Shown one piece after another: positions 13,446-26,894 of a DNA stretch of 64,000 nt. Source of the stretch: Marsupella aquatica (Eukaryota > Plantae > Marchantiophyta); the NCBI GenBank assembly GCA_973895155.1, contig OZ316897.1:16908058-16972057 (forward strand), given 5' to 3'. Position 1 is the first letter of the stretch. The number at the start of each line of letters is the position of its first letter. The notes below the pieces were generated by a model. That model did no database searches and was not told the origin of the DNA. It saw only the letters and a list, made by a program, of their open reading frames with translations. The position numbers and the translations under genes were made by a program.

Positions 13446-14003
13446 ATGGTTCTTTGGATTTTTGGGTACGGGTCACTCATCTGGACACCAGATTTCCAGT
13501 ACGAAGAGCGTGTGACCGGTTACATTAAGGATTTCAAGCGGGTGATGGCTCCAGCCGGGTGTGTCGACCGTCATTGCAAAGGCAAGATGAGAAGATCAGG
13601 GCTGGGGTTAACTCTACATCAGCAACAGGGTTCCATCACGGCAGGTGTTGCGTATCGAGTGACTTCTGATGTGGAACATCAAATACTGTCCTCATCTTTG
13701 GAAGAAAGGTTGTCGAGCACGTGCACGTCGAGGGTGCTCATGTTGGAGTTCTTCACCAGCCAGAAAGCATCAGGTATGTCAGCTCCAATACGAGCGATGA
13801 CATATATTACGCCTCCCCAGAAGTCAAACTTGTGGCACATCGTGCTGCAACTGAATCCTGTCGTGACAACCGATGACCATATCAGTAGAGAATCCGTCGG
13901 GTCAGAGCGTGCTCAGAAGATGTCAAGCAGAAAGACTAACCAGTGCTTCTATGCTCGCCCAATTTCTCTGCAAGATCATTGGGAACGTCATCGCATGGTT
14001 TGA
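13446..14003 (+). CDS. ChaC / gamma-glutamylcyclotransferase 2-like, intronless and divergent
   Basis: N-terminus MVLWIFGYGSLIW...GYIKDFKRV...GVAYRV matches the ChaC/GGCT2 signature. The LxxRE catalytic segment reads LEERL and the C-terminus is unrecognisable. Confidence 0.75.
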   Translation: MVLWIFGYGSLIWTPDFQYEERVTGYIKDFKRVMAPAGCVDRHCKGKMRRSGLGLTLHQQQGSITAGVAYRVTSDVEHQILSSSLEERLSSTCTSRVLMLEFFTSQKASGMSAPIRAMTYITPPQKSNLWHIVLQLNPVVTTDDHISRESVGSERAQKMSSRKTNQCFYARPISLQDHWERHRMV

Positions 14004-16730
14004 ATCCCAATAGCATGCGCGCGGGATAGCATGGAGCCACCAGTTGACAGGATGGAGCGACCAGTTTTGAGCAATTACAGCGGGCACACTGTTGGTGTGG
14101 GCATGGCATGTTGGTCATAGACTCTCGGTTACGTCCAAGATTTTGGAAATCTGTAGGACATCGAGCATGCGCGCGTCATTCAGAAGGACATTTTGGAGAA
14201 GTGAAGAATATTTTACAGTTAGCGGACCAGCTTGCGCGCATATTTCACATGGAACCCCTTAGCAATGCATACCGGGAGCACTCTTGTAGAATAGCTTCAA
14301 ACTCTGGTTCACGCAAAGGGGGACTGTATCCGTCACAGTGCAACTCATTCTGAATCGATCATAGCATTTGGTACAACATGAGATCCCTTCACATGTACAA
14401 CTTCCGGGCATTTTGGTAGAGAATATGCAGAATCGGGGTAGCTTGGTTCGATCTTGCAAGCCAATAGTCAATAGATATAGACGATGTGTCATCCCTGGGC
14501 TGAGTAGGAAGTCATCCCTGGGCTGATTAGGAAGTCGAATGGCTAGTTACGGAGCCAAAGACAGCAAATACGGGTCCTCAAACGGACCGCCAATTTTGAG
14601 CATTCGTCAGCAGATAACCGGCATTAAAGCTACGGTGCGATTAGATTCTGCATGTGTTCTAGATCCTGGCGATTGAACTGTGAAAACGAAACACATCTAC
14701 AATCTAATCGACCCTGGGAATGATCAAAGTGCTCTGCTAATATGATTTCCTATGGATTTAGAGCTGTACTTGCCTACTCCTCGAATTAATCGAAGATTTG
14801 TGTTACCTTCAGGGCTCCTCAGTCTAACTCCAATGTTTTATGTGTATCATTCGTTATAATCATTACTTTTGATCTGGGCCCCAATAACCCAGGTTTCCCC
14901 ATCACTTCACCTGTGAATTTACACTTTACTTCAATTTGGCCCTGATTGACATCTCAAAAGTCAAGTTTTAGATTATAATCTTACCTACAAAATGATACTC
15001 GTACTATGGCACTAGCGCCGACACCAGTTTCTATTTGTTATCATCATGTACTGCTTTACCTGACAGAATTACACTCCATGCTGCAGATATCTTGAAAAAG
15101 ATGTAGTAGGTCGGCACTATAACCGGCAACATCGAGCCTAAATTTCGTCAGAAGATTCATTGCCAATGTATGATGATTATAGTACCATGGGAATGCTCTA
15201 GACGCAAACCCCCGAACAAGACAGGCACCAAACCTGGTCATTCCCATCATGAATAATTAATTGCACTCGTTGGGAATGAATCGGAACATGATCGAGGAGC
15301 GTACCCAGACCGAGACTCAGACGGAATGAGCTATGCATTCCAAAGCGAGTAATTAAGGCAATTACCTACTGATTTCATATTAATATGAATTTCCGACGAT
15401 GTAGAGGGGAATCTGACTGGCTACTGTCTGTAGACGAGTCGCCCATTACTTAGCTGAAATTGGCAAATTGTTAATTGAGACGATGAGCTTATAATTAATG
15501 TTTTTTCCTTTTTTTGTGGGCTCAAGTTTTGAAATGTGGTTCTGTAGTTGATATCATAGCCTGTGCTGTATTGATTGAAAGCTCCGTCACCTGGAGACTT
15601 GAGGCAATTTACCGCCTTGAATATCGTATACACTCTTCCTCCGCTAATCTAAACAAACGTCAACTACTGTGTAGCCGCCGTGGACCTCGCAAGCATGTTC
15701 AATTGTGAGTGACGACTCTGGCAGTTGCATGTGTACCCGGTTGTGTTTGTTTCCTTTGCTGGAGACAAATATGCATCAACAAACATGCAGCAACAAATCC
15801 CTACTGTCACATATTAGGAGCTCTTTTGATGCTTTTCTATGAGGAGGGTCCGAATGCACCATGTGTCCGCGATGGCATTGTGAGATTGGCCGGGAGCAAG
15901 AGATATCGATGGGACATTGCATTGTCTGATCCAATAGTTAATTTCGCGCTGCCTTCATTACTGTGCGATCATTCCTCTTTCCACTTTTGAGGATGAGTTT
16001 CCGCCATTTGTTACGGAGGTGAATGCCACATAGAAAACAGAAAAGAGAAAAAATAGTGGTCCCACTTTAAGATTGAGCAGACAATTGTTTTCGTGTACGT
16101 TTGCACAATTTGACTTTTCGGGTAACAATTTATTTCATGTGGAGGCTGAGTTACTTGATATTTCTCTGTAGAACTTCAGGCGACGGGGACTTTGATGTCC
16201 ATGCCATAGCTAGAGGAAAATCTAATTAATAAATTCCCAATTTACTGCAAGCCGACGGCGGGAGATATACAAACGCACGAGGCCTCTGAGAGACGGAACA
16301 CCAACAAGAGCATGCAGAGCCATGAGCTCAGCACACTCGTACAGAATAACAGAGAGCAAGAGATCACGGCAATGACAGGTCAAAAGGAGCCACCCAGGCA
16401 GCAAGACCACAGAATGATGTCGAAAGCCAGGACAAAACGCTGGAGTCAGACGAACAAAAGTAGAGGAGAATACAAAAGAAACACGAAGAAGGAGAAAACC
16501 TAATCCATACCGAGCAGTGGGCCAAGAGGAGGAGGTGGCCCCAACGTTTCCCAGGCTTTCGTCCACGAATGTTAAATAAAGATAAATTGGAATTTCGCCA
16601 ACTTTATTCCACACCCCAATTACCTACAACCATCTCTGTGCACTGTATGTACAAATGAATACTTCAAGGTCGAAGCTTATCAAAATAGAAACGATGTGCG
16701 AGCAGCATTATTTGTAATGAATCTCCAGTA

Positions 16731-17584
16731 TCATAAAAGCAGATCGTTAAGGACTCTTTCATGAACTCGGTCGAAGCTATCTTTCAGAATTCGCACACAT
16801 TTTGCCTTGACGCGATCCATGCCGTAAAGATGTGAAATCCTCAGCATCTCTGTCAGGTTGTCTTCCGAAGCAGAACTGAATAGCTCAGTCTCGCACTCAG
16901 CTTGTAGTTCTGGTATAGCGTACTTATGCGCCGCCTTGAAGAGGTCAGTGGCCGTCGCTTCGTCGGTGAACTTGATCTCTGCTGTGTAAAGGTACTCGAT
17001 CACACCTCGCAACACTGGAGCGCTAATGTCTTCGACACGAATTTGTCCAGAATTTTTCTCTATCATACTGGTGTCGAACATTCTTTTGAATACTGGAGAT
17101 TTGCTTGCCTGTTCAGAACGGCGACATGTTACAAAATATCAGTCCGCATTTGTTTGCATCCCGGATCTAAATCTTGATATATATCATTTCATGTACTCAA
17201 TTCGTCCTTCAGACAATCGGACCTAATCCAATTCGAGCGAACTGAGTGATTAACTTTTATAATCTCAAGGACTAAGCTCCAGGTGCCAAGCCTTACCAGT
17301 ATAAACCGATGAGCTTTCATCACGTGTCCGTCCTTCACGATGAAGGTCACATCGCCAGCTCCAATCTCCTCACTTAGAGCGCTCAGATCAACTTTCTGCA
17401 GAAACGCAACCTTCTTCTTCAGGACTTCTATATCGCTGTTTAGCCTACAAATCGTCATATTGTCAATTGCGATGCCTTTCTGAGAGCTTATTTCCTTGGA
17501 TGTTATCGTTGCCCGCTTCGCCTGCCAATTGATGACAGCTCTGCCAGGAATACCACGCATCGGATTTGCAGCCCTTCTATTCAT
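16731..17584 (-). CDS. BTB/POZ domain protein (2 exons: 17584-17297, 17108-16731)
   Basis: Splicing GTAAG..CAG joins GDVTF...KAHRFIL to ASKSPVFKRMF...IEYLYT...AAHKYAIPELQAECE, a canonical BTB + BACK-like tail; TATA-like CTTATAAAAGG ~150 bp upstream on the minus strand. Confidence 0.9.
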
Positions 17585-20500
17585 CCTCTCCAATCAACGT
17601 AACGCTCGGTCTTGTGCCTTGATGCGCTTGGGGCCCCTAGATAGTCGCCTTGATATAGCTGTTGAAAGCTTCCAGCTTCAAATGATTATGTAAGAGAATA
17701 GCAACCTTTGTAGGAGTTCTACAAGGGCGATCCTTTTATAAGTCCAGAGGTCGGTAGCTTAGCCAGGACTGATGATTGACCGAAACCTTGAAGACAAGGA
17801 TTTGCTCAACGGCTTGCTTGATCTATAAGAGCCAGGACTGATGATCGACAGACAGGTTAGATGCGAGGATGATTTTATCACTATCAAGGTTAGATGCGAG
17901 GATGGATTTATCACTATCCTTAGTCAGGACTTAGAGTCAGGACCGACAATTGACAGAGAATTTGGACTCGAGGCTTTTCCATGACTACCTAAGTGGGAGA
18001 GAGCCAGGATTCAGACGAGGACCAACCATAAACAAAGTTTCGAGAAATCCTAGGATTCTTGTCTGAGGCTCAAGCTATGGATATCATCGCGGGTGACTCG
18101 TCATTGGTCTGTGGATATTCAGGACATCCTTTCTAAGTTCTAGGCTACATCAATGTGCAGTACGCGTCGAGTTGGAATAGTAGGAGCCTTGTTAGATCGA
18201 CTACGTCAATGTGCACTTAGTCAATGTGCGACATGATTAACTGCAAGGAAGTAATGTACAGTAGTAATCCCCTGAGAGCTTTTGTCACTTGGGTCTCTCT
18301 TTGACGATGATCTGAGCGAAACGCAAGCCTGTAACGAAAACTAGTCTCCTTAATTCGTAGAAATCCGAAGCATGATTGCACCCAAACATACTTGCAAAGC
18401 AATTGAGGTCTCGAAGGACTTTTGAGCTTGCAAATAAATAAACCCAGCAGGGACACCCCCAACTATGGTAAATAGAGAGATGTGCACATTCGAAAAGCAA
18501 TCCCGGCGAACCGACTGTTATGAACGCCTGCGTGCTCCAAATTCGTGCCTCTAGCCCTGCAAGATGACTCTGATAGTCGTGTTTCCACGAACGACGAGGT
18601 TCGGGTTGTGGCTGTATTCCGCTGGAATGGTGTTCAACACACCTTGCTCGCACTTTTTATCAGACGTCAAGTCCACTCAGATCCATGGGGCAGTGGCTTC
18701 TCAGTTTGCTTACGAGGTGACAAAGTTCTCTCAGTGTCCATTTCAGGCGTGGTCAATAAAGTCCGGTTGGAATGATTGACAGCTCAACGATCTTAAACTC
18801 GTGATTGCCCAGCAACCACTGGAATCTTATCGCGCTCGTCGATGCAATAAGGCACCGAGCTGAAATGTCATGTTACTTTCGATCGAGTGCATGGTTTTTT
18901 GTTCACCACCAGTCCCCAGTTCTTGTGGGACTCCCGCCGCCGACGTCTGCGCGACATTTCCTCAGCACCATGCCCTGGTCCTCCAAATGTGTGTCACTCG
19001 TCAGATCAGTTCCTCAGCAGGCTAGCGATGCATGACGCCGAGATACTAGCTAGTATTTTCCAATTTCCGGAGCCATGCATATTGAGGTGCCTCAATACTA
19101 GGCAATGCTATGGAGCTCAATCAACAAGAATGTCGTGACTTCGAGTCAACTACTTCTGACAGCTTTACTGAGCTCGTTGCTTGCTGAATCACGACCAGGT
19201 GAACTGTGGAGAACGTTTGATCCAGGAATTCAGCGTCATGCACTCATGCTGATCTCATTGTAGCAAGACGGCATTGAACTTGTTGCCCGGCCCAGCTCAA
19301 GGTGTCCCACAGGACGGAGCACCATTCAGGTAGTCCTGAGCTTCAATCAAGCAGTCCCGTATCAGGGGCAAGGTACTTGTGTCCCTCTTATTAGCCAGGC
19401 GATTATGTTCTTTTTCCGAGGCTTTTTCGTGGGAATCTTTAGAGCTCAATAATGGTTTGTAGTCCTTATCCAACGGCACACTGCTACTGGTATCCCTCTT
19501 AGCCAGGCAATTATATGCTTTTTGAGTGAAATCTCTGGATCTCAATAATTGTTGAGAAACCACCTAGCTGATTGGGCCCTCGTGCTCAGCTCAGGTGGGT
19601 AAGGGTGACTTGTGACGCAGGTATGCGGTTTATATCTCGGGAGCATTTTACCTCGGATTTTGGTAATATGGGGTTTGGCATTTTGGCAAAGTTTTTCGAA
19701 GTTTTGGTAATTTGGCATTTTGGCAAAGTTCTTTGAAGTTTAGTAATTTTGGCATTTCCGCAATATGGAAGCCATGCCAAATTGCTTTGGAAGTGTTATG
19801 AGCCATGCCCGTGTGGTACCTGTAGGAAGTATGCAAAATACACAGAAATATAACAAGGTGTGTTCCCTGATTGCTACTGTAGCTAGTTGCACCTTAAACT
19901 TGCTCATAGGCCGTTTTCCTTTTTGAGACAGTGAAAATTATGTGTAGCTACAGAAACTTGCTCTTGCAAGGCTTTCTCCCCTTAAGAAACTAGTATGTGG
20001 GTCCACCTCAATTTTTTTAACACAGTGGTAATATTGTATTTGTTTGTTTTACTAACTCTTTTTCCTGGTTATCAAGTCTGCCAAAACTCTATGATGTGCC
20101 CAATTATAGTGCCAAGAATTTGGAAGGAGCTTTTAGCGTGCTACATAATATCGTCATCCTTTGTTTGTCTCCACCTCTCTCATGTTCTTTTCATCTCTTT
20201 ATGCAATTCACATTGCAATTCCTCGCTGTAGCAATCGCCTGGCTTGTGCGAGTGACAAATTATTCATCACAAGGGTGAGCAACGAATTATCTTGGAGGCA
20301 AGGAGCTATGCAATCACCTGCACTTCATTGTCTTACAATGTTTTTGTGCAATGGATAATTATGCATTGGACTTGTCTATAATATTATGAGATGTTTTTAA
20401 AAGTATTTGAAGTTTGCATAATAAAAGTTGGCATCACTAACAAACAAATTCATAAACTAAAAAAAAATTTATAGCATTGGTTTTTTAATTGTTTTGTGGA

Positions 20501-21679
20501 GAGCCAAGTATATTTTTTGTTTGGAAAATGTAATTTATTCATCATGATTTGTCTAGTAATGACAAAAACAAAATTCTCATCAATTTTAATGGCAAATGGA
20601 AACAAAGAAGAAACCCATAAGTGTAGAATCATAATGATCATGTTGGGAAGAGAGGAACTTTATATAGAGACACCTTCATGAGAGAAGAAACATATTAATT
20701 TCATTTCTGTTTTTTAAATGTATGTTTTACTAATCAATAGAAAATACGCCATAGTCTTATTTTTGTAGAGATTTTATAATAATAGAATAGTTTAATGTTT
20801 TGTGAATAGTTGATTAGTCTTGAATGTGCAAGTGAGTTTTGTCATTATGCTTATGACTTTTTTGGTGTGTATTCAAGGAATATGTTTGAATAAGGCCTAG
20901 GGGGAGCTACACTCAAGTGGCATACAAGATATTTTTTTAAGATTTCTCATGGTGACTATCATCAAGGTAAATGTTAATATCAGTGCATGTTTTTTATGAC
21001 TAGAATTTGTGTTTATTTGTTATTTGTGAAGTGACTTGATATTTTGTCCATTCAATTGACATGAGAAATTTTGTGTGAGTTTGTAGACAAATTTTGGCAT
21101 CACTAAGAAACAACCCCAAGGTATCATCTAAGCTTGAAATAGAGGTTTGTTTCTCTCTTTATTTCTCGTTGAATAAATGTGATTGCTAAAGTTGTTCACT
21201 CATAAAGCTAAATCAAGCATGGAATCTATCTAAACTTTAAAATCTAATTTTCACACATAATATTTATCATAAAAGTGTTTATTTTCAAATAAATTATCAG
21301 ATTAGCTAATAATTTGTAGCATTCATATATGGATGTGCAAATATTAGTATATTAATTATTTGCCACAACACTTAGAACTTTTATTTGAATCAACACAATA
21401 GATTTATGCAATCTTAACAAAACTATAAGTAATTGTAATTTGCAATTTATTTGTAGAAAGCAATGCTCTTGGTAGGTAGATGAGTCTTTTGTAATCTTGT
21501 TTCATATTGTTATGGTTATCTTAGGGCATTACATATTAAGAAATTTGCCCTTTGTTGGATTCCAAAAATGGAGAAGTTAGCTCTTTGTACCTAAAATTAT
21601 CACTTAAGTTTATTATCAATCGGTTACTATAATTATAAGGTCCATATCATATTATTCAAGTTAAGACAATAAACTATAG

Positions 21680-22355
21680 TACGTGTACACATATGCAGAG
21701 GTCGGTGTAATGTTTAACCCTAATTGTAACTTCAAAATCAATATAAGGTTACAAGTTAAGGCATTCTGGTACACACATCCGCAAGGGTCGTTGTATTGTT
21801 TGACCCCAATTGTAACTTCAAAATCAATATAAAGTTACAAGTTAAGGTATCCTGGTACACACATCTGCAAGGGTCGCTGTACTGTTTGACCCCAATTGTA
21901 ACTTATAAAATCAATATAAGGTTACAAGTTAAGGCATTCTGATACACACATCCGCAAGGGTCGGTGTATTGTTTGACCCCATTTGTAACTTCAAAATCAA
22001 TATAAAGTTACAAGTTAAGGCATTCTGGTACACACATCTGCAAGGGTCGGTGTACTGTTTGACCCCAGTTGTAACTTATAAAATCAATATAAGGTAACTA
22101 CAAGTTAAGACATTATGGTACACACATCTACAAGGGTTAGTGTACTGCTTGATCCTAGTTGTAACTTCAAAATCAAAATTAGGTTATCCGGGAAGGTTAC
22201 AAGTCAATTTTGGTACACACATCTACAAGGGTCTTTATAATGTTTGATCCCATTTGTAACTTCAAAATCAATAAGGTCATAAGTTAAAGCAATTGGTGTA
22301 CACATATATTCAAGGGTTTGAGTATTGTTTGACAAGTTGTAACTTAAAAACAAGG
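21680..22355. repeat. Minisatellite, ~8 x ~86-90 bp, each unit with internal inverted repeats
   Basis: Unit GGTACACACATC(C/T)GCAAGGGTC...TTTGACCCCAATTGTAACTTCAAAATCAATATAAAGTTACAAGTTAAGG; inverted pairs TTGTAACTT/AAGTTACAA and GGGTC/GACCC. Confidence 0.9.
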
Positions 22356-22840
22356 TTATAATACTCTAGAGTTTACATTCCAAAAATCTAACATTCAATA
22401 CCACTTTAAAACAATATTTTCATAACTAGACCCTTCCACATGTTAACATTGTAATAATCCTTGCATTAAACTTCAATGTAAGTTTCCCATGACCAAATCC
22501 TTGCTTATTCACCCCACCTTCCTCATGATCTTTCACCCCTACTTATATTTCTAATATTCTTTCCCATTTTACTTGTATGGCGTCAAGAGGTTGAGAGAAT
22601 GCTTTATATGTTGCTTATCAAGCTTATTTATTTTATTGAAATTAAATTGCCTTTTAAAATATACCTAATACCCAAGCTGGAGATTTTTCAAATATTGATT
22701 TTTTTCGAAGCCGACCTATTGCCCAAGTTCTTTTTATTCCTTAGACACCATAAAGGGCATAATCTAGTTATGTCAACATCCAAGCATGGATAGGTTTAGT
22801 TTAATAGAGTTGTTTGTGTAGAGAAGTGACATTACTCTTC

Positions 22841-23092
22841 ACACGAGGCTTCACACACAAAAGCAACATAGATCATTGGATTTAAAACACCTAATGGTGT
22901 AAAAGTTTTTTTTGAGCTAAGAGACCACACGAGTATTCACACACAAAATGAATCTGGATGGTTGGATTCATAACATCTAATGGTAGGAAAGTTCATTTTC
23001 AGTTGAGAGGCCACACGAGCCTTCCCACGAGTCTTCACACACAAAATGGATGTAGATGGTTGGATTCAAACCATCTAATGGTTGGATATTTA
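22841..23092. repeat. Degenerate tandem repeat, 3 x ~90-100 bp
   Basis: CACGAG...TTCACACACAAAA...TTGGATT...A(C/T)CTAATGGT three times. Confidence 0.75.
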
Positions 23093-24524
23093 CAGGGTGA
23101 CATGGAATTTTGACAGAATTTTCAGATTTACAGAAGTCTCTAACTGGACCCGTAAATACCTATTTGTAGCATATTAAGGTCTTGTTCTTTCATGGGCATA
23201 AGGTGGCAGTGTTTGAATGCAAAAATGGTCATAGATGGTAAGCATTGTCATAGCTATAAGCATGCAAACAAACAAATATAACTTACCTGACCTAGCTAGG
23301 CTGTGGTACGTAGTAACTGAACATAAGATAATTCTAAACCCAAAACCCTTGGAACACAAGACCACGTTGTTTGCCACATAAATACACATCAACTAGGGCA
23401 ACTTCAATATGATCCATTTTTCTTGATTCCCTTTATCCAATAAGTAACTTAATCATCCGCTATATTATTTAATCCAGCCAAAGGAATCCATGGTCTGTTT
23501 ACAAACTAACTTTTGGTGGGAAACCATGGTCTGTTTACGAAGTCATGATTGAAGGGAATTCATGATAGCCTGGCTTCAGATTTGGTCTGCTTGTTCCTTG
23601 GGAAGTGCGGGGGGAAGTGGGATTATCTGAAAATGAGGAGACTATAAACTTAGGCAAAGGTGTACGTATAGGTGTTCAATAAAGGCAAGTACACTGAGTA
23701 CAATTGATATAGACCTAGTATGGTATAGGAAGTGCAAGTTGTACAGGGTATACAATACACTATATACTGTAGTCCCGCTTGCGCGTTGGATGTGTCATGT
23801 GCTTACCGTTACGAATGTTGTCTATGCCCAACAGGAAGTGGCATATCACGTGCGACAAAGTATAGGGCCATTTAAATGATTTTGGTGAAAGGCTTATTAA
23901 GTCTTCAATGGAAACATAGGGTTGTTTAATTGCAAAATGCATATGTGTCATCACATGATTGGTGTCGTACAACTTTATGAAAAGTGATTTAGGGGGGTCA
24001 TAAATAACCCAAACCGTCTCACGTGATGTATGACCCTTCATATAGTGACCCCCCCCCCCTTAGACTTAAGTATGCTACATTATTTGGTGTTCTTTCCAAG
24101 GGAAATGTTGTAATACTGGGGAATTCAAACCAACCTGCTTTGACCATTGAATGCATTAACGTACCAGGCTCGTGACCAATGAAAGAGGTTTGGTCACAAA
24201 AGCCGACTAATGTTGCAAATGCACTCTCTTTAGTATTACAGTACACTATATTCTGGAGAATTGTATGCGCACAAACAAGATTTGGACCAAGGCATTTTCG
24301 GGCCCCCGATCACAAAGCTGAACTGACAGTTCAGCCAATAATCAATGCACTTACCTGAGTGTGCACTTAGTGCCCCGTGAATGTAGACAGGGCTGCCTTG
24401 TCTTTTTGACATTCATTTTTCGGTGCACAGCTTTTGGCTAGCTTTATGTGGCCCTTCTATTTGCAGGAGTTTATTTAATATGTTTACTACTTCCATGTTA
24501 CAGTTATGATATGGGCAACCCACC

Positions 24525-24659
24525 CTTGGGGGTCTCACTCTATGGGACCTCCCCATCACCTGCTACGTTTTTAGGCCTCAGACCCCTATAAAGCGGAAAC
24601 ATTCTTGAAATATTCCAAAAATTTGATTAAATAGACCCTAATGGACTTATAAGTCTCGA
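24525..24659 (+). mobile_element. Truncated copy of the 6563-6858 MITE
   Basis: GGGGGTCTCACT...GGGACCTCCCCATCACCTGC.ACGTTTTTAGGCCT shared with the 6563 element; right TIR absent. Confidence 0.8.
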
Positions 24660-26123
24660 GAAACCCTCGAGAACCCACCCATGCCTATCAGGACATTATC
24701 CATTGTCTATGGAAGTTACCGTTGCATCTAGCTAGGGGGAGTTGACATTCTCAGATTTAGCCATAGGAATGGAATACAAGTAACAATGCCAAAGAATTAA
24801 AAGCGCCCTACTACAGGGTGACAAGATCCCAATTAAAGCCAAGGCAGGAAACCCAATAAAGGGGAAACCAAAAAGCCTAGGAGAAAAGGACTGAAATTAC
24901 AGCTTTATAAGCTACAGACTAAACTCCATAGGAGGGTCACAAAGAGGGTTTGGACCGCCCTAAAACCAACAGCCTAGCTAGGCCTCCAAAAGGTTAGTGA
25001 AAGCCCTAGCCCTCTAATTATAGAGTTAGTATTGGACACCCACTGCCAAAAGAAACATTCAACTTAGCACCAAAACTGCAGGATAATGCCTCAGTCCACT
25101 CTATACAGCAAACTGCACTGGCTGGAAGGACCACCGGAAGGAAATGATCAAAGATAGGGTGAAAGGACCCAAACACCTCCAAAGCTAGTGGGTAGAAATA
25201 TATGATCCCCAGTGTAGCCAACAGCGAACACACATGATAACCACAGGAACCATATCAAGGGACCCTCTTGAAACAAAGAACTCCATTGTTGCAGCAACAT
25301 ACATACAGATCTACACTAAGCCAGGAAAATGATGACTTGCAACCAACAACTAAAGGAAAACTGTGTCAAACAGAATCCTAATCCCTGGATCATTTCCAGT
25401 ACTCACAGTATGATGGCCAAATATTCTCTGAAGTCACAAACACTATAACATGCAATGTTAATTTATTTGTTGATTTTTCCTTCACTAATTTTCAAGCTGT
25501 TTTTAATTGTGTTAGGCGGCCTTGCATGTGTGGTAGTGTTGCTTTTTGCTTTTCTTTTGATTAGGGATTCAGGACAAAGTCATGGGTCCAAGGTGAATCC
25601 TTGGGCAGCCCCTCCTACCTTGCATGTTTTCCCAGGTGATGATGGATTTTCTTAAATTTTCACTTTCCGGGTGAGAGTGAATTAATGTGGCCAGGTGATC
25701 GCCTGCCCCTCCCTTGCATGGGAGATGGATGCCCTGGCCCTGCCTACTTCAATGCCCTTGCCTCCATTGCCTCTGTCCCTGACACGGCCCTCACCCTCTA
25801 GCCCCCTTGCGTGGGGAGGGGAAGGAGAGAATTTGAAAATGGCATAATACGAGGGCTGGCCAGGAGAGGCGAAAATAGAAGAAAATGAATTACTTAAATA
25901 CAATTAAAATGTTACTCTGTGATCAGGGGTGGATCTGGTGATACCCTGGCTATTGTCAGCCACCTCAAGCTCTCCCTCACCCCAATGCAAAATCTGGTGG
26001 ATCCAGGTTACTAAAATAACTCCAAAATGTTCTCAAGATAGTAAAAACTTCCACTCTTTTGTGGGGCCTTTGTCCTCCCTCAACCTGATGGCCAGTGGTG
26101 GTATAACAATACACTCTTTTCTG

Positions 26124-26594
26124 TGTCTCACCATTATGAGTGTTATTAGAGTATATAGTGTTGTGTGAGTTAAGGCTTTCATATGTGTGCTATTTGAGCA
26201 CATTAGGGTTTCTTTACAATTGGAGGGATAGTTATCCCTTGTGGTGGCTTGGATGCCTCATCTTTGGATGTTGAGCTTCCAAGCATGAGCTTTGGTGGCA
26301 TTGGTGTGGCCGACCAGGTTGTATGCACATGAACGTGGATTCCTTCAATGAAAGGTGTGTTCGGCTTCACATATGTGTGTGATCGGATCGGACGTGATCA
26401 ATTGTGTATTGTTGACTACGATCGTTGTTTGATTTTGCTGAAGATTATTATGAGTTTTGGTCATGTGTGGACATGAGTTCCACATACTTGTATTCCATTC
26501 TCTTATGTTAGTTGTGCCCTAGTTTGTACAATCCTGTATGATTGGATGCATGGGACGCAATGTAGGTTGTGTAGCGATGTGTATGCATAGGACA
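26124..26594 (+). mobile_element. Solo terminal-repeat unit (X+Y) related to the 39416-53702 retroelement
   Basis: TGTC...GACA termini, exact 4-bp TSD TCTG (26120-26123 / 26595-26598); colinear similarity to the reverse complement of 39416-39878 (e.g. CATGTGTGGACATGAGTTCCAC, TTGTATTCCATTCTCTT, GTAGCGATGTGTATGC). Confidence 0.85.
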
Positions 26595-26742
26595 TCTGCC
26601 ATACATGGATGAAAGGTTTAGCTGGGGGTTTAGCTAGCCTGTCTTTTTAATTTGAAGCCAAGTAGGAGCGTTACAGGAAGACCAACAGATTCCTATTGAG
26701 CTACCTGAAGTAGCCCGGGAAGTAGCCTCAACTTCTAGGTGG

Positions 26743-26894
26743 TTTTGACTGGACAAGGGACTTAGTGAAATTGATTTTGGGTGACTGTTGGGTTTGAGAG
26801 AAGATCAATTGACCTTTGTTTTGACTGGACAAGGGACTTAGTGAAATTGATTTTGGGTGACTGTTGGGGTTGAGAGAAGATCAATTGACCTTTG
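26743..26894. repeat. Recent tandem duplication, 2 x ~76 bp
   Basis: TTTTGACTGGACAAGGGACTTAGTG...GATCAATTGACCTTTG twice, near identical. Confidence 0.9.

Noticed and set aside
24743-25368. Possible LTR (TGACA...TGTCA, preceded by AGCTAGGGGGAG)
   Set aside because: No TSD, no partner LTR and no coding remnant recognised.
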